Shown here piece after piece: positions 25,760 through 39,200 of a stretch of DNA of 64,000 nt. Every line of letters begins with the position of its first letter. Positions within the stretch are counted from its first letter, which is position 1. The notes under the pieces were generated by a model. That model saw nothing but the letters and a program-made list of their open reading frames with translations. It did no database searches and had not been told where the DNA came from. A program made the translations under genes and the position numbers. The DNA is from Spongospora subterranea f. sp. subterranea (lineage: Eukaryota): positions 124,001 through 188,000 of the forward strand of contig JAUGWO010000024.1 in NCBI GenBank assembly GCA_049724395.1, given 5' to 3'.

Positions 25760-27070
25760 TGAATCCCCATTTTATCTTGATCGAGGGATCATCTGGATTT
25801 GGAAAGACACTAATGGCGTTCAACATCATGAAGTTGCTTGGAAGAAGACACAGGACTGTCTTTTATTAATTGTCATCTGAGTTGGGTGTCTCTGACCGAT
25901 ATGAGTTCTTAAACTTAAATTCGCGGCGTGCGAATCAGGCCCATAATGATTACGGGAAACTTTACACATCGAAAGACGTTTCGCATGAATCGTGCCAAAA
26001 ATTCTTGCTCGCGGTGAACGGTGCATAAAAATTCATCCAGAATAACCACGGGAACTTGAAGGTTAAAAAAATTACGGAACCCAGTCTATATATTGCTATT
26101 ATAAGTTTCCGTCTTTGTTCTTCCGAAAATGTGCTGCAAAAGATATCGGCGACGTCAGCGATGTTTCCCCTGATTCGCTGAGAATTGAAATATTGTAACC
26201 ACTTTTGGGTATATTTGCTTGCTTTTGTCCGGACCGCGCCAACATAATTTGTCGTCAAACCGTCAAGTTCCCGTAGTTATTCTGGATGAATTTTTATGCA
26301 CCTTTCATCGCGAGCAAGAATTTTTGGCACGATTCATGCGAAACGTCTTTCGATGTTTAATGTTTCCCACAATTATTTTTGGGCACTGATTCTCGTGCCG
26401 CGAATTTAAGAACTCATATAGGTCAGAGCTCATCCGATCTTCTTTCACGAGATTGGTTTTACGTTTACGGGTCATTGCCCGGATTAATATCGATGCCATG
26501 GGTGTACCCGATGGTGACAGTTTCAAAGAATATTCTGGAATGTATCACAAGACTTTTGTAAACCCATTGAATTGACGACAAATTATGTTGGCGCGGCCCG
26601 TGTTTCTCAATTCTCAGCGAATCAGGGGTAACATCGCTGACGTCGCCGATGTCTTTTGCAGCACACTTTCGGGAGAACAACGACGGAAACTTATAATAGC
26701 AATATATAGACTGAGTTTCCGAATTTTTCTAAACCGTCAACTTCCCGTGGTTATTCTGGATGAATTTTTATGCACCTTTCACCAAGAATTTCTGGCAAGA
26801 TTTATGCGAAACATGTTCCGGTGTTTAAAGGTTCCGTAATCATTTTGGACACTGATTCTCGTGCCGCGAGTTTAAGAACTCAAATCGGGCAGAGCTCATT
26901 CGATCTTCTTTCACAAGATTGGTGTTTGCCCCGAGTTAATATCGATGCCATGGGTTTACCCGATGGTATTGACCCAGCATTTAACTGGTACTCCGGTGTC
27001 TTCTTCCAAGCAAGCCATTTGTGTCTTTCCAAATCCAGATGATCCCTCAATTAAGATAAATGGGGGCTTT
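25760..27070. pseudogene. Scrambled Crinkler (CRN)-type P-loop NTPase relic
   Basis: Walker A LIEGSSGFGKT(L/Q)MA at ~25775 (+) and ~27050 (-). The Walker B region PVVILDEF...LARFMRN(V/M)FRCL...IILGTDSRAANL occurs three times (- ~25900-26060, + ~26260-26410, + ~26730-26880). Confidence 0.65.
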
Positions 27071-27778
27071 ACAAAATCACTATCACCGATTTCGAAATAA
27101 AGAGCTCGAGCCCTTTAACCAATTTGTCAGTGTGATTTCGGCGATCTGTTTGTAAGCACAGATATGTTGGCTTTTCAACGGAAAATAGAAGTGATCCAAT
27201 GAGGCAGGTTCTGGGACCGGTGGTTTATCCATGAAAAAACATACAGACAGACACCGTTCCGAAGCCCCCCCCCATACGCTATCGGCGACCTGGTCATGGT
27301 CAATCGCACCGAATGGAATACATCACGTCCCTGCGCTAAGCTCGAAGATCGATTCGCAAGGGATCACCGGAGGCGGTGGCGGTTGAATAAGCTCTGGAAT
27401 ATCATTCTCTATATATGGTGACAGCAGTGCGGTGTGGAAGGCATTGTATAGCTTGGACGTGTTAGGCAATGATAACCTATAGGTAAGTGGATGTGCGATG
27501 ACAACCAGGGATGGTTGACCTTTAAACACAAAGTCCTCTGGTTCGTCAACCCTACGCGATCTGGTTTTGCCTTCGGCTCATCAGGCCACCGCGCCGGTTG
27601 CCGCCCTTTGCCCGGTGGTTTGAAAGGTTAGGACGTCCCATTGACTTCCCGTGAGCATGACGGGTTGTGTTCATGCAATACCAGACGTCATCATCCAATT
27701 CCTATCTCTGAAATGATATGGGGGATTTAAAGAATCACTATCACCGATTTTAAAATAAAGCACTCGAGTCCTTTGACA
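27060..27778. mobile_element. Ty3/gypsy integrase C-terminal fragment, internally inverted, between two ~60-bp direct repeats
   Basis: Direct repeats atggggg.ttta.a.aatcactatcaccgattt..aaataaag..ctcgag at ~27060 and ~27718. The + strand reads YAIGDLVMVN...SRPCAKLEDRFA, then the - strand reads PLTYRLSLP...FHTALLSPYIENDIP...QPPPPPV. Confidence 0.65.
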
Positions 27779-27794
27779 AAAGAGTGCGCTCCTG

Positions 27795-28130
27795 TCACGG
27801 CGGCGTTTGTGATACCATACCACGGCGGCGTTTGTGATACCAGTGTTACAAATTCACGGCGGCGTTTGTGATACCAGTGTTACAGATTCACGGCGGCGTT
27901 GGTGATACCAGTGTTACAGATTCGTGATACCAGTGTTACAAATTCACGGCGGCGTTTGTGATACCAGTGTTACAGTGTTACAAATTCACGGCGGCGTTTG
28001 TGATACCAGTGTTACAAATTCACGGCGGCGTTTGTGATACCAGTGTACCAGATGTTACAAATTCAGATACCTATCACGGCGGCGTTTGTGATAAAAAATT
28101 GCCGTTTGTGATACCAGTGTTACAAATTCA
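27795..28130 (+). repeat. Minisatellite, 34-bp unit CACGGCGGCGTTTGTGATACCAGTGTTACAAATT, ~8 full or partial copies
   Basis: Directly visible; units are truncated or internally duplicated and have no unique spacers. Confidence 0.95.
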
Positions 28131-29859
28131 GCTATCAAAAAATGCCGTTCCTGTGTTTAATCCGACCCGGACGATCAAAGGCGGTAATGATGCTTATTTT
28201 GCGGTGTCCAGCCAAGTTTCAACCTCATCAGCGAATAGATTTAGTGTGAGCTTCTGAAATGCTTCCCGGCTGGAGGTATTCCGCTGTAACTTGACGAACA
28301 CTGGAACTGACGCGCTGATGGCTGAACATGGGAAGCATGTATTATCCATCTGGCTTGACCGTTTACAGCGGGCAATGGCAATGTCGTCGATTCGATGCAA
28401 GAATCGGTTTGCAGCGAAAGTCCTGACAATGGCGACGGGTTCTGGTAATGTCGTCCAGGTTGATCGATTCGCAGGGGCCGTATTTCGATATCCTAGCTTG
28501 TACAAGCACTCAAGCATTCAGACTTTGCCAACGTGTCGAAAAAGTTCCCCCCTGCCGATGTTGCCTGAAATCTTCAACCCAATATTTTGAATCTGTAGAC
28601 ACTTAATGGTTTAAAAAACGATTTTTGATTGCACATTTTCCTTTCATCTGTTTCCGAATGATTAACAGGGTGTCGAAGCAGCTTGAAAAATTCACGCAGT
28701 GAAACATCTAAAGACGATCACAATACAGAAATAAATGGAACTCAATGCGACCAACCTTCTGCAAAGGAATTGTCAGGACTTTCGCTGCAAACTCAACGTT
28801 TTCAATGTCATCTGACATTGCCATTGCCCGCTGTAAACGGTCTGATAGTAATGAAATCACGGGATCATCATCGTCAGTGGCACATTCAGAGATGTTTTAC
28901 CCAGTGGAACCGCGACCGCCTGGATTAATTATCCGATCGAAATGCAGAATCAACATGCAGACAGAAACACACTAAGACGCTGAAAGACTTCATCACAGTG
29001 ATAGATAATGAGAAAACCGTAAACGCGCTTATGGAGACAATCAAAACCCTGAACTCCGAACAATTGACCTTGGCAAACATTCAAAAATGTTATAAAAACA
29101 TTCAAAAATGCTATAAAAAAGGTAATTCACCACAAAACTATTCGAAGCAAAGCATGTCCATTCTGAAACGATGAACTAAGAGTCGCTTGCAAGAGAAAAG
29201 AATCGCCAGTAAGCAATAGTAAACAGCACTGAGCTGGACATATCAATAAAAGGAAACGGAAAATACAGAAATAGACACCCTCTTCAAAAACATGTTCAAA
29301 CAGCACAAGCACAAAAAAATTACTTAAGTTGGCAAAGGAAGCTAGCCAGGACAAAACTGGAACAGCAACGTGGAAATTGCTGAAAACTCTGATTCCGGAA
29401 ACAAACAAAAAGCAACGTACCTACACTACTCGCACCAACAATGCGGTTTGAAGATTCAAAACATCACCGAGGAAAAATTTAGTTCTATCTATAACCCCCC
29501 TGAATTTTGAGCTATCCAACAATGAAAAAATTCCAATACATTGGTCAGGGATTTGAAATGGAAAAGGGCTTGTAGCCATTCACCCCGGATCACAAAAGGG
29601 AGCTAGACAGAGCAGCAACAAAGGCAAAAAGTAGGGCAGCTCCTGGAATAGATGGGATCTGTTCAGAACCTCCTACAACAAATATGTGCAGATGGCAAAC
29701 TGGCTGACAGCATCACCGCGTCGTCATCCCAACCCCCATCCGCCAGTAATAATTGACACTCCGACGCGTAAGCCGAGACGGGTCGCCGACCTTGTCGTGG
29801 GCGTTGCAGTCTGGCAGAGGAGTGGGTCACCAAATCGTGGTTTCAGCGCAACGGTAAGG

Positions 29860-30234
29860 GCTTCTGTGTTGTCCATGACTGGGTCGTCGGGTTTCGAGAA
29901 GTGGAGAGAATCAATCAAGTGCAGCGCCAGAGAGAGTAAACTGCCAATCATTAGGACACACGTTGGCGTTCGGTACCACATGTTCTGGGTTGTTGTGTTG
30001 GATGATCATGCGTATCTGGTTAAGAAAACCGTGGAGGCGAGATTTCGCCCCATCAAACAGCTCGGGCAGTCGAACGCGTGGTTCATGTTGGCTTGACTCT
30101 TGGATGGCGCTCGGGCGCGTTTCTTGTTGTATTTGGAAAATACGAATGGTTTCTTGTTGACGCATTAGTGCTTGTATCTGTTGCTGCTGTTGTGCTATGA
30201 TTTGTTGTAGTTGGTCAATGGTCCATGGTGACAA
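29860..30234 (-). mobile_element. Ty3/gypsy gag relic (PEG10/RTL-like capsid N-terminus)
   Basis: Q-rich coil then EPRVRLPELFDGAKSRLHGFLNQIRMII...LSGAALD*FSPLLE. Confidence 0.75.
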
Positions 30235-30419
30235 CGGAGGCTTGACACTGGATTCCGATCTGTTAGGGATCGAATTCGGACGTGGACGACGACTAAGACT
30301 ATTGGAACGATGGCTGTGGCAAGAGATGGGGCTAGAGCTGGGGGCAATAGCTGAGATAGAACGACACCCTAAGGCGATCTATGGCCGGCTTTGCATGGTA
30401 TAATCACCTGTCAAGACTG

Positions 30420-30545
30420 TTAAATGACATGAACTTTAAAACAAGCCACATGTACATGCCTATTCATCAATGACGATGACGCCGACATGATACTGGTGGC
30501 AACTTACGTCGATGATACTTTTACTTTAGTGGCTTCTAGCTGATT
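30420..30545 (+). mobile_element. Ty1/copia reverse transcriptase fragment
   Basis: DMILVATYVDDTF carries the copia YVDD motif at ~30485-30523; very short. Confidence 0.5.
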
Positions 30546-30823
30546 GATCCGAGCAAAACATGAGAAGACGGATTTATAATCACGAAGAGCTTCCGCGCTT
30601 GTAAAATGTCTGGCAATACGTTGTCTTCTTATTCAATGTGTTTAATGCGAAGGGGCCAAGGAACCGCATCACTATGGCAGAAGACGTGGAATCATAATTA
30701 AGGCTCGGCCCAATATAATCGCCATGCCGGACCGCGGAGTTGCGGACTATTCTCAATGACTTGGCAGACCTTCGGAAACGTCACGATCAAATCCGGTTTC
30801 GACATTCGTCTAATTTTTAGACG

Positions 30824-31890
30824 ATGTCTTGTTTTTCTGCCTTTTTCTGCCTTTACGTCGTGACATCATTTGGTCTATCCTCTGCTGGGCTTACTAATTG
30901 CTTTAAGTTCTGTCGCTCTGAAACGGATTGCGCTACCCGAACTGACAAACAGCCCATCCCTGAATCTGTCGCTGCCGATAATGACTATTTCAACATCAAG
31001 AATCAGATTTTACAGGCTTACCGTGACCTGAGGGATGAACATCACAAAAAAGATGTGGAGCTGACTGAAAATCTGATGACGCTATTTCAAATGAACCTGA
31101 AGGATATGAATTTAGCAATCTGTTACTTTCAGGGTATGCCGAATGTTGATATTGAGCTCTTTCTAAATCGTTTTGGACCTACTCCTGAGGATTGTCAATC
31201 GTTATTGGAAACGGCCAGGAAGTTTCAATGGTTTGGAACAATGCGGGGATCATAACAATAATCTGATCTTACCATTGTAGCCGGGAAGCGATTTATTGGC
31301 TCTATGCGAACGACAAAGTTGATATCAAAGACATGAGCATTGAGGTACTTGTGTTTGCACCATATCATCGCCCCATCAACAAGCTGAGATAGGTTTACCA
31401 ATACTCTTTATCTATTTATCGCTATTTCGCCGTATTTTTATTTGAAGAGACACAGCTCACGAATCTTTATAGGACGCCGACTTTGAAATTCGTTCACGAC
31501 AACTCTTTGGGGACCTCTTCGAGCGAATTGCGAAAAGCGCTGATTGCGGTTTCTTCTATGATTTCGGACCTCATCTTATGGCGAAACGCATCAAACAATT
31601 ACACACGTTGCCCGGTGTAGACTTTTATCATTGTTTGGGCAAATGGGCACACGGACGAACTGTTCATGCTGGGTATATGGAATGCATCATATCGGCTGCA
31701 TTGAAATACAAACGGTGTGATTTGATAAGCAATTCACTCTATCGGGTCTGATTCTACCTTCATCAGAACCGATGTCATTTATTGGATTATTGAACGCGAT
31801 TGTCGGGGGGAGAATTACAGTTTGGATATTGTCTACGAACTTCAACTCTTTTTCAACGAAAAAGTTTCACATTCTGATTATCCTCTTAAA
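30824..31890 (+). CDS. Candidate secreted protein, paralog of 45624 (frameshifted downstream of ~31230; 3' end uncertain)
   Basis: Signal-like MSCFSAFFCLYVVTSFGLSSAG. A downstream frame LPGVDFYHCLGKWAHGRTV...SAALKYKRCD aligns with LPIVDFYEVLKSWAGNDRTI...LAAIRKNRFD of the 45.6-kb copy. Confidence 0.6.
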
Positions 31891-34800
31891 GAGAGTTTCC
31901 GTCATCAATTACGGCAAATTGTGGATTCGTGAGTTATCACCATTGGACTTGTTCCCTTGTGGTTTCAATTTACTGTCCTTCCCAATAGTCATAACAAATT
32001 TTGGGACGACCATGAATTGGATCAAGCGCGACTGAAAAATGGGGATCGTGACGGTGGCGCTTGTTAATTTGGTAGTTGTGGCAACTGACAGGTATTGGTA
32101 GATGTTAATCAATGTTCATTCTTGATGATACTCATTATCACAATCAGATTCTCTGCGATTAGTCAAACAATGAAGTCAACCTGAGAACGTGAAATTATAA
32201 ATAAACAACTGACGATATGTTGGCGAAAATTGTGGATCCGTAGTTGAGGATGATGCGTTCCCGACAAAACGTATGACCATAATGAGCAGTCGTGAAATAA
32301 CGAGTTTAGTATTGACATTTCCTCGCTCGAGAGAATCCTGAAATCCGCAATGTCTGAAATTGAACATTCTGTACCTAATTGATAGCAAATACTGCTTAAT
32401 GGGCTTGAAAAGCTAGTTCATGTTGGCGAAGAGAATCAAAGTTTGGTCTCTTGGTGACTGGCCTGAACGACTGTACAGTAATTTTGCGACCTAATCAACA
32501 TATCTCTATTTGCAGTCATCATAGAATTCCAATCACCAGAAACCGTGTTGCTGAACCCTTGTGAAACTCGTCCACATCGACTCACATTTCATTTATGATT
32601 TGTTGAACTTCATAACGAATATCTCGTTCCCTCACCGAACGTGTTCCTTGAACAATGTTGACCCCTATCAGGGGTCACGAAAATTCGTCGCTGAATCCCA
32701 ATGCTGTGAATGGTTTGGTCTCCAATTACCATCAACAAACAAATCTTGCCCGGGAGCGACACGACACGACATCCATTCGGAGAGCGCTGAGGCGAAGTCG
32801 GCCAAGAGTTCGTGCCATTCTGAGACAGAATTGAAATGATATTTAATACAACTGGATTCACAATCGCATTATCAATTACCAGAATTGTGAGCCGGCCAAA
32901 GTCATGTACCCGATTACCATATTCACGATGAAAAACACGGCGCCTCTCGTGAAGTGCAAATGAAGATATCCGATCATGTCCCGATTGTCCTTGTGAATCT
33001 TAGTATGCAGCATGGGGGATATGGAAAACCATTTTTAAAGTAGAAATGTCTGACAGATAACTATTGTAAACAATTCGAGCACAAGAGGAAGTCTTGGGAG
33101 GCCATTCGAGGAGTTGTCGTCAGATTGCACATCCCCTCGATGACATATCACAACCGCAACATTTGGCATTTTGGGAGATTTGATGGCATCGATCAGGGAT
33201 TAAGCTGATCACAATGACGATTGATGATGATCCAGGATTTTGTCGACAGCTACAAACCCAATTTGGGACGTGTATGGCATATCCAGGAACATCGTCAACC
33301 CATAGCCGAACACAACCGTCAAAATGGTCGGACAGGACTTCTGCCCTGTTTGGTTCGGAAAGTGACAAATGGATCGCGAGTAATAATCGAGATGCATTAG
33401 CAACTGTTGGGAAGGACAGGAACTGTTAAGAGCCAATGAGAAGTCGTCTAGCACGATCAGAATTATGGTTTATCGAAACAATCGATTACGCCAATGTTAA
33501 ACATGAGCGAGAGGCTGTATTTCTCCTTTCCGGCTTCACCACATTCATTGGTCGACTGGTGGCCGATTGCCTCCCAAATTCATATTGCCTTAATCACATC
33601 ATGTCAGGATGATGTGGCTTAATTCCTCTTTTCATGCTCTCTTCGAGGTGAACCCTAATCTCACAAACGACTCTTTACTTTATGAGTTTGAAATGGCCAT
33701 TATTTGGGGTAATTGGAGTTCGACACGTTTACCAATGACTGAATTTTCACAAAGCTTGCAAAGCATTTTTGTGTTTCGACTTAAAGAGGGTGGAATTCGT
33801 CAGTGAGCATTTACAAATTAAGGCGAAAAAATTCCGGTTTTCTTCGAGTTTTGTCTCTTTGCCCGGCGAAGTTTTCCTGTTTTTTTCAAAATTTGCCTCA
33901 TCATCCTGTGTTTGGCTCTAGGTTTTTAATCAGCGCGTTGGCAGATCGCATCACCAGATCTGTCGCCATTGCAACAAATTCCGACATTCTCTGCTCTTCG
34001 GCCCCCAGTTTGATATTATTTCATAGCGAAGAGGATTGATGATGCCAAACTGAATGTTAACAGAAATATATTCTCTACCGAAGATTGAACATTTTCCACT
34101 GGGCATGGAAAAAGGTTTGTGTGTCGAAAAGCATATGAACTGTTCCGGCAAACAATGCCAGAAAGATTTTTTTACGACAAGAGGGTCGGGATTTCGACAG
34201 ATATTCCGATCTGAGGATTTGCAAAATCATCTCTGGAAAATCACTGTGGCTGGAATTGAAATAAATCCATCAAGAACTTCTCAAAAATATATCAGAGCTA
34301 TAACATACCATTGTTCGAGAAAGTTTTGCCGCAAGAACAATGTTGGAAAATTAAGAATGTCTGCGATCAAATTGATCATTGTTGAATCTGTTTGTTTTGC
34401 AAACATAATCGATCGTTGAAACATTTTCAAAGCTGGTTTGTTTTCTCGACCTTGACAAAAACATCGATAGTTCGACTCATTGATCGCGTTGCATGTCCAT
34501 TATGCTGCAGACAGAACACGCTCGAAAAGGACATTGTACAGACCATCGCACATCATGGTTGTGAGTTCACCGGCAGCTGCATGTCTGTCGTCGAGAAGAC
34601 GGTCATCGGGTTCATGACCTTATTGTGAAAGATTGTCTTGGTCTTTGATAATGGGACTTGTTTCGTGCTCTATGGGATACTGGATGCCGATTATTTCAGT
34701 TTGTTTTTTTCAAAATGGCGGGAAATCGTGCGACTATGCGCTCTCCGATTGCACATCGTGCTGATCGGTATATTATTCGTCATTGGTCAAACGACTTGCT

Positions 34801-36281
34801 GCATTGAGGTGAAAAGACGAAGTCCTGACGCACTGATAGGAGTAAACATTGAACAGGAAATGGGTACTGGGGGAGAAGACGGTAACTCGTTGTGAAGTTC
34901 AACGAATTATGGATAAAAGGGTGACTTTAAGAAATTGATTTCACGATTGCTTGAAAACAACGTCTGTAGTGTACTTGTTATTTTCACAAATGGACTGATC
35001 ATTATTGCCCAAAAGAATTTCTCAGGGGTTCAGCATCTTCCACAACTAATGAGAACTGGCGCCAAAGTAATTCCTTTGGCATATCATCTTCTCAAGTTGA
35101 CATCATTGATCTACTGATAGTAGAGAATCTGATGTGGAGAAATCTGATGGAATCACGAATTTAAAACCCAATCGAAATCTGCCAATACCTGTCCATGCAA
35201 TCAGTTGCTGCCACCGCTTCATCAACCACCACCACCAACCGCAACCGCCACCACCGGAACCGACGACATCTGGAACGATAGCAATCGTTGATCTGTCGAT
35301 ATATCATTTCTGGACTATTCCGTTGATAATCTTGTCTAATGATAAACTCACGACTGCTGAACTTCCTTGAACGAAATGTTCCTGTGAGGATGATCAGACG
35401 GAATGGAGAACGGCGTTCAGATCAATCATGATCATTGAACGGGTATTGTGCACCCTCATCATCGTGTTGAGCGATCCATAAAATTGCATCGGACGGTTAT
35501 CAGGAAAACCGACCAACGTAAACTGGTTTTAAGACAAACAGTTTGGATATGATGCTCTCCATATTTTCCAGAACAGCACCAAAAATCTGACCGAAGGGCA
35601 CACTGTGATAATCCATGACGCGTCTCGACATACTGGAATCCAGCTCTCTAGCTTGACACTCTGCTTCACGTACTGAGCGTTGTAATTGCAGAAAATAGCC
35701 TACAACGAGTTGATCGCCTAAAGTCTTGACGCCTTCCCTAAATCAAACGTTCGGAAACAGGAAACACCGAGTTCGGGATAGGAATGTGGTGATAAGGAAT
35801 GTCATTATCGTCTAGAAGGGCGTCCTGCATCGGGTCCTGAGCAAACTTCGAACGAAATAACAAACAATGTGGGAATATTGAGAAAAATGGATATGAGTTT
35901 TGACAAACTGAAGTCAGCGTGTTGTTAGTGCAATAAATGGTGGTGGTTTATAGTTTCTTCATCCACTTTACCGTTCACCAGGAGTCAATAAACCGCTTCG
36001 CCATTTAGTGGTTCAGATTATTGTTATTCATTTGAGGGGTCGTCGTCAGATTTGGACCATGACATAATACTGTAGGTGAAAAACAGTTTTGTCCATAGAT
36101 ACACACAGAGAAACGCGTACGCACATATTTTCGCAAAATAGGTTGCAACTTACGGACCTATAAAGTGCGCGGTACGCAATTTCATTTTTTGCGCATATTT
36201 AGCTTTTTTTGCGATCGCATATGTGAAAATTAAATTGAAACAATTGAAGAGTTTTTCAAGAGTGACCTGTTTTTGGTGTGT

Positions 36282-39200
36282 CACACCCAGACACACCCAG
36301 CCCTAGATTGATCTGAGGATCAATTCGACACACCCAAGAAATTCAATGGGGATTAATCCTTCCAAAACGAATACAATGGATCCGAGTCCAGCGGAATGTT
36401 TTATTGTTCAGGCCGCGCGTGCGGTGTTAGCGATGGTGGACGCGTTCGGTTCAAACCAGAACATTGACATGGTTGAGGTGCTTTCACATTGAGGCACGGA
36501 GGTGCGAAGTCATCTTCACCGCCTCAGCAGATACCCCATCAGAACAACCGATTTTTGAGAAGCATGAATTGATGGACGCACAGTCGCTCGATGATATTTC
36601 GCAACGTAACGATACGATCCCCACCATCAGCAAATCCAGCTCGACGTTGGGCAACAATAGCTCGTCGGAACATCGACCCTGTTCTATTACTAAACTCTCC
36701 TCTGCCGAGGTCACCTCGGATCCGTATTATCCCAACGGTAATGTTAAATGTCAAACTGCCATTGCCGATGGGTTTAATGCCAAAGATGCGGCGGCTGCTG
36801 GGTGGGCGTTAATTATCTATGGACACAACACTCGAAATGATGGCACGACAATTCACAACAAAAAAAGCCTTGGAGTCTACGTGTGCCCGTTTGTCGGTGC
36901 TCATACACTGAAAGGCCCCGTTTGCCGCGAAACTATCGTGCGAAAACCGCCCATCCTCTTCCTTGTACAGAAACATGTCCTCGCCACTCTCGCGCCTTGC
37001 AACATGTTTCTTGCGATGCTGTTTCAAAAGTGACCATCACATCGGAGTCTGTTACGTTGTCACATAGTGGCTTTCATGATCACGCCAAGGCCTCATCCTA
37101 TTCGTGCTGATCAGGCAAGTCGGAAGAAATTGTCAGATATCGTCGAAATGAATCCGGAAATCAAAACGAAACAGCTTTTATTGGGACCGCAACTAGGGAG
37201 CCAGCAGGCAAAATTCATGTGGCTTTCAACAACTTGGACCGTCTGGCAAGGCAACGGAGAACATTAAAAAACCAAACTTCCATGTTGTCCTCAATAAGTA
37301 TGCTGGCTACGTTCGAGAGCAATATTGGAGCAAAATTTTTCAGAAGCTCTTGTCTTGATGTGGAGAATGGTCACATTGTAATGCAGTCGGATTTTATGAT
37401 GAACCCTGTTAAACAAAATCTTTCTCCATTGGAGTCTGATTCTATCCATGGTTTCATTGTCGATGACTATTTCGCGGAGGTCAACGTCACATTCACATCC
37501 AAGTTTTGCCCGACAAGTGGTCGAACCATCCCGTTTCTCATTAGCATCCTTTTCGGGAAAACAGCAGCACACTACAAGGTGCATTTTCTTCAGCTGTTCC
37601 GTTCAATGGACTTAAAGACAATGGAAGATTTTGAAAAGAGGTTTCCTGGTATGACGTGTGATTTTTCGGATGCAGAGCGAATCGGTTTTGAATTGGCGAT
37701 TCGCGAGATTTGCTCAATCCCGGAACACAGCCCATTGATCTTCAAAACTATTACCGTTTTTGTGACGTTTATTTCAAGAGAACCGCAGTCAGGGTTCGTG
37801 TAAATGCCGCTTTGATTCATCCCGCCAAGGAATTCATTTTTTACAACAAAGTTCTCCAGCTCCTTGTTTGCCGGCCCCTCGTCGAGTTTCGAACTCTGGT
37901 CAAAGAACTCAAGCAGGAATTTTCAAAAGTCACAAACTGGCTGGATTGGCACATGGCCCCCAGCAGAGCGAAACATATTTTTCCAGCAGTTTGTGAAAAT
38001 GCAACTTTTGATTCTATGCGCAAAAATACCAACGCCCAGGAATCATTGGGTGGGGATTTCCAGCGATTCGCACCAAAGAAAAAGTTGACGGTTGCTGAAT
38101 GCGTCGACCATTCGTACAGATATGTCACTCAGCTTGAAGTTGATTACAAGTTAGCCGACGCAGGAATGCGACGGCGATACACAAAATCCGAAAAAGAGAA
38201 AGGGTAAATTTCAGAACGACGGTCGTCCACCGGATACAACACGTACGTTGATTAAGGGAACAACAATTGGGCGGCCTAAAGGAAGCAAGAACAAAATTTC
38301 AAAACTGGGTAATAATCTGGATTTTGCTAATTTTGGCATCTCATGGTCGTTCGTCTATCGCGAAATGAAGGCTACGAACACTTGTCCTTTGGATACTGCA
38401 CTGATGACGATGACGTGCTCGCTTCTTGCAATCATGCGACTAAATATCGATTTAACGCAAGATTCCAAGGAACAGTATGCTTCAATACGAACGCCAATCT
38501 TGAAAATGCTTGGGACATAGTCTTGGAAGCGTTCTTCCATTGATCCATATATGTCGAGGTCGTCGCCAGTCGAATGACTTGTCGAACGTAGCCAGTCATA
38601 ACGTGCTTTGTCGTAATTTTCTGCATCGATTGATTTCGAACAAGAAAGTAAGAGGGTCTTTTGCTCTGGAATAACTATAAGCCGAAACCTCTGCAACAAA
38701 TACATCGTCGTCAGTGCAGTATCCAAAGTACAGAGAGACCCTCTTACTTTCTTGTTAAATCAATCGATGCAGAAAATTACGACAAAGCACGTTATGACTG
38801 GCTACGTTCGACTGGCGACGACCTCGACATATATGGATCAATGGAAGAGCGCTTCCAAGACTATGTCCCAAGCATTTTCAAGATTGGCGTTTGTATTGAA
38901 GCATACTGTTCCTTGGAATCTTGCGTTAAATCGAAATTTAGTCGCAGGATTGCAAGAAGCGAGCTCTTTATAAGCGACAAGATTCCTGTCCAAAAATCCA
39001 TCGAACGTTTTTTGGACAATCCGATCAGGGGTGGGCATCGACAACGCATTAACAGTGAACAGATACTCTCAGTTCCCGAAAGAGATCGAAGACTTCGCTT
39101 TCAACCACTTGACCCAACTGGAGACGTGATCCAGGACGATCCAATTTGGGAATGCAGGGGCAACATTTTGACTGAAAGTCATGAGCTGGAATCAGCGCTA

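Noticed and set aside
24900..26000. Hammerhead ribozyme associated with the Penelope-like relic
   Set aside because: No CTGANGA...GAAA core with supporting stems seen by eye.
27795..28130. CRISPR-like array (34-bp partly palindromic repeats)
   Set aside because: No unique spacers, irregular units, no cas genes, eukaryotic context; it is a minisatellite.
28850..29700. LINE/non-LTR retrotransposon fragment in an A-rich, lysine-rich stretch
   Set aside because: No diagnostic endonuclease or RT motif recognised.
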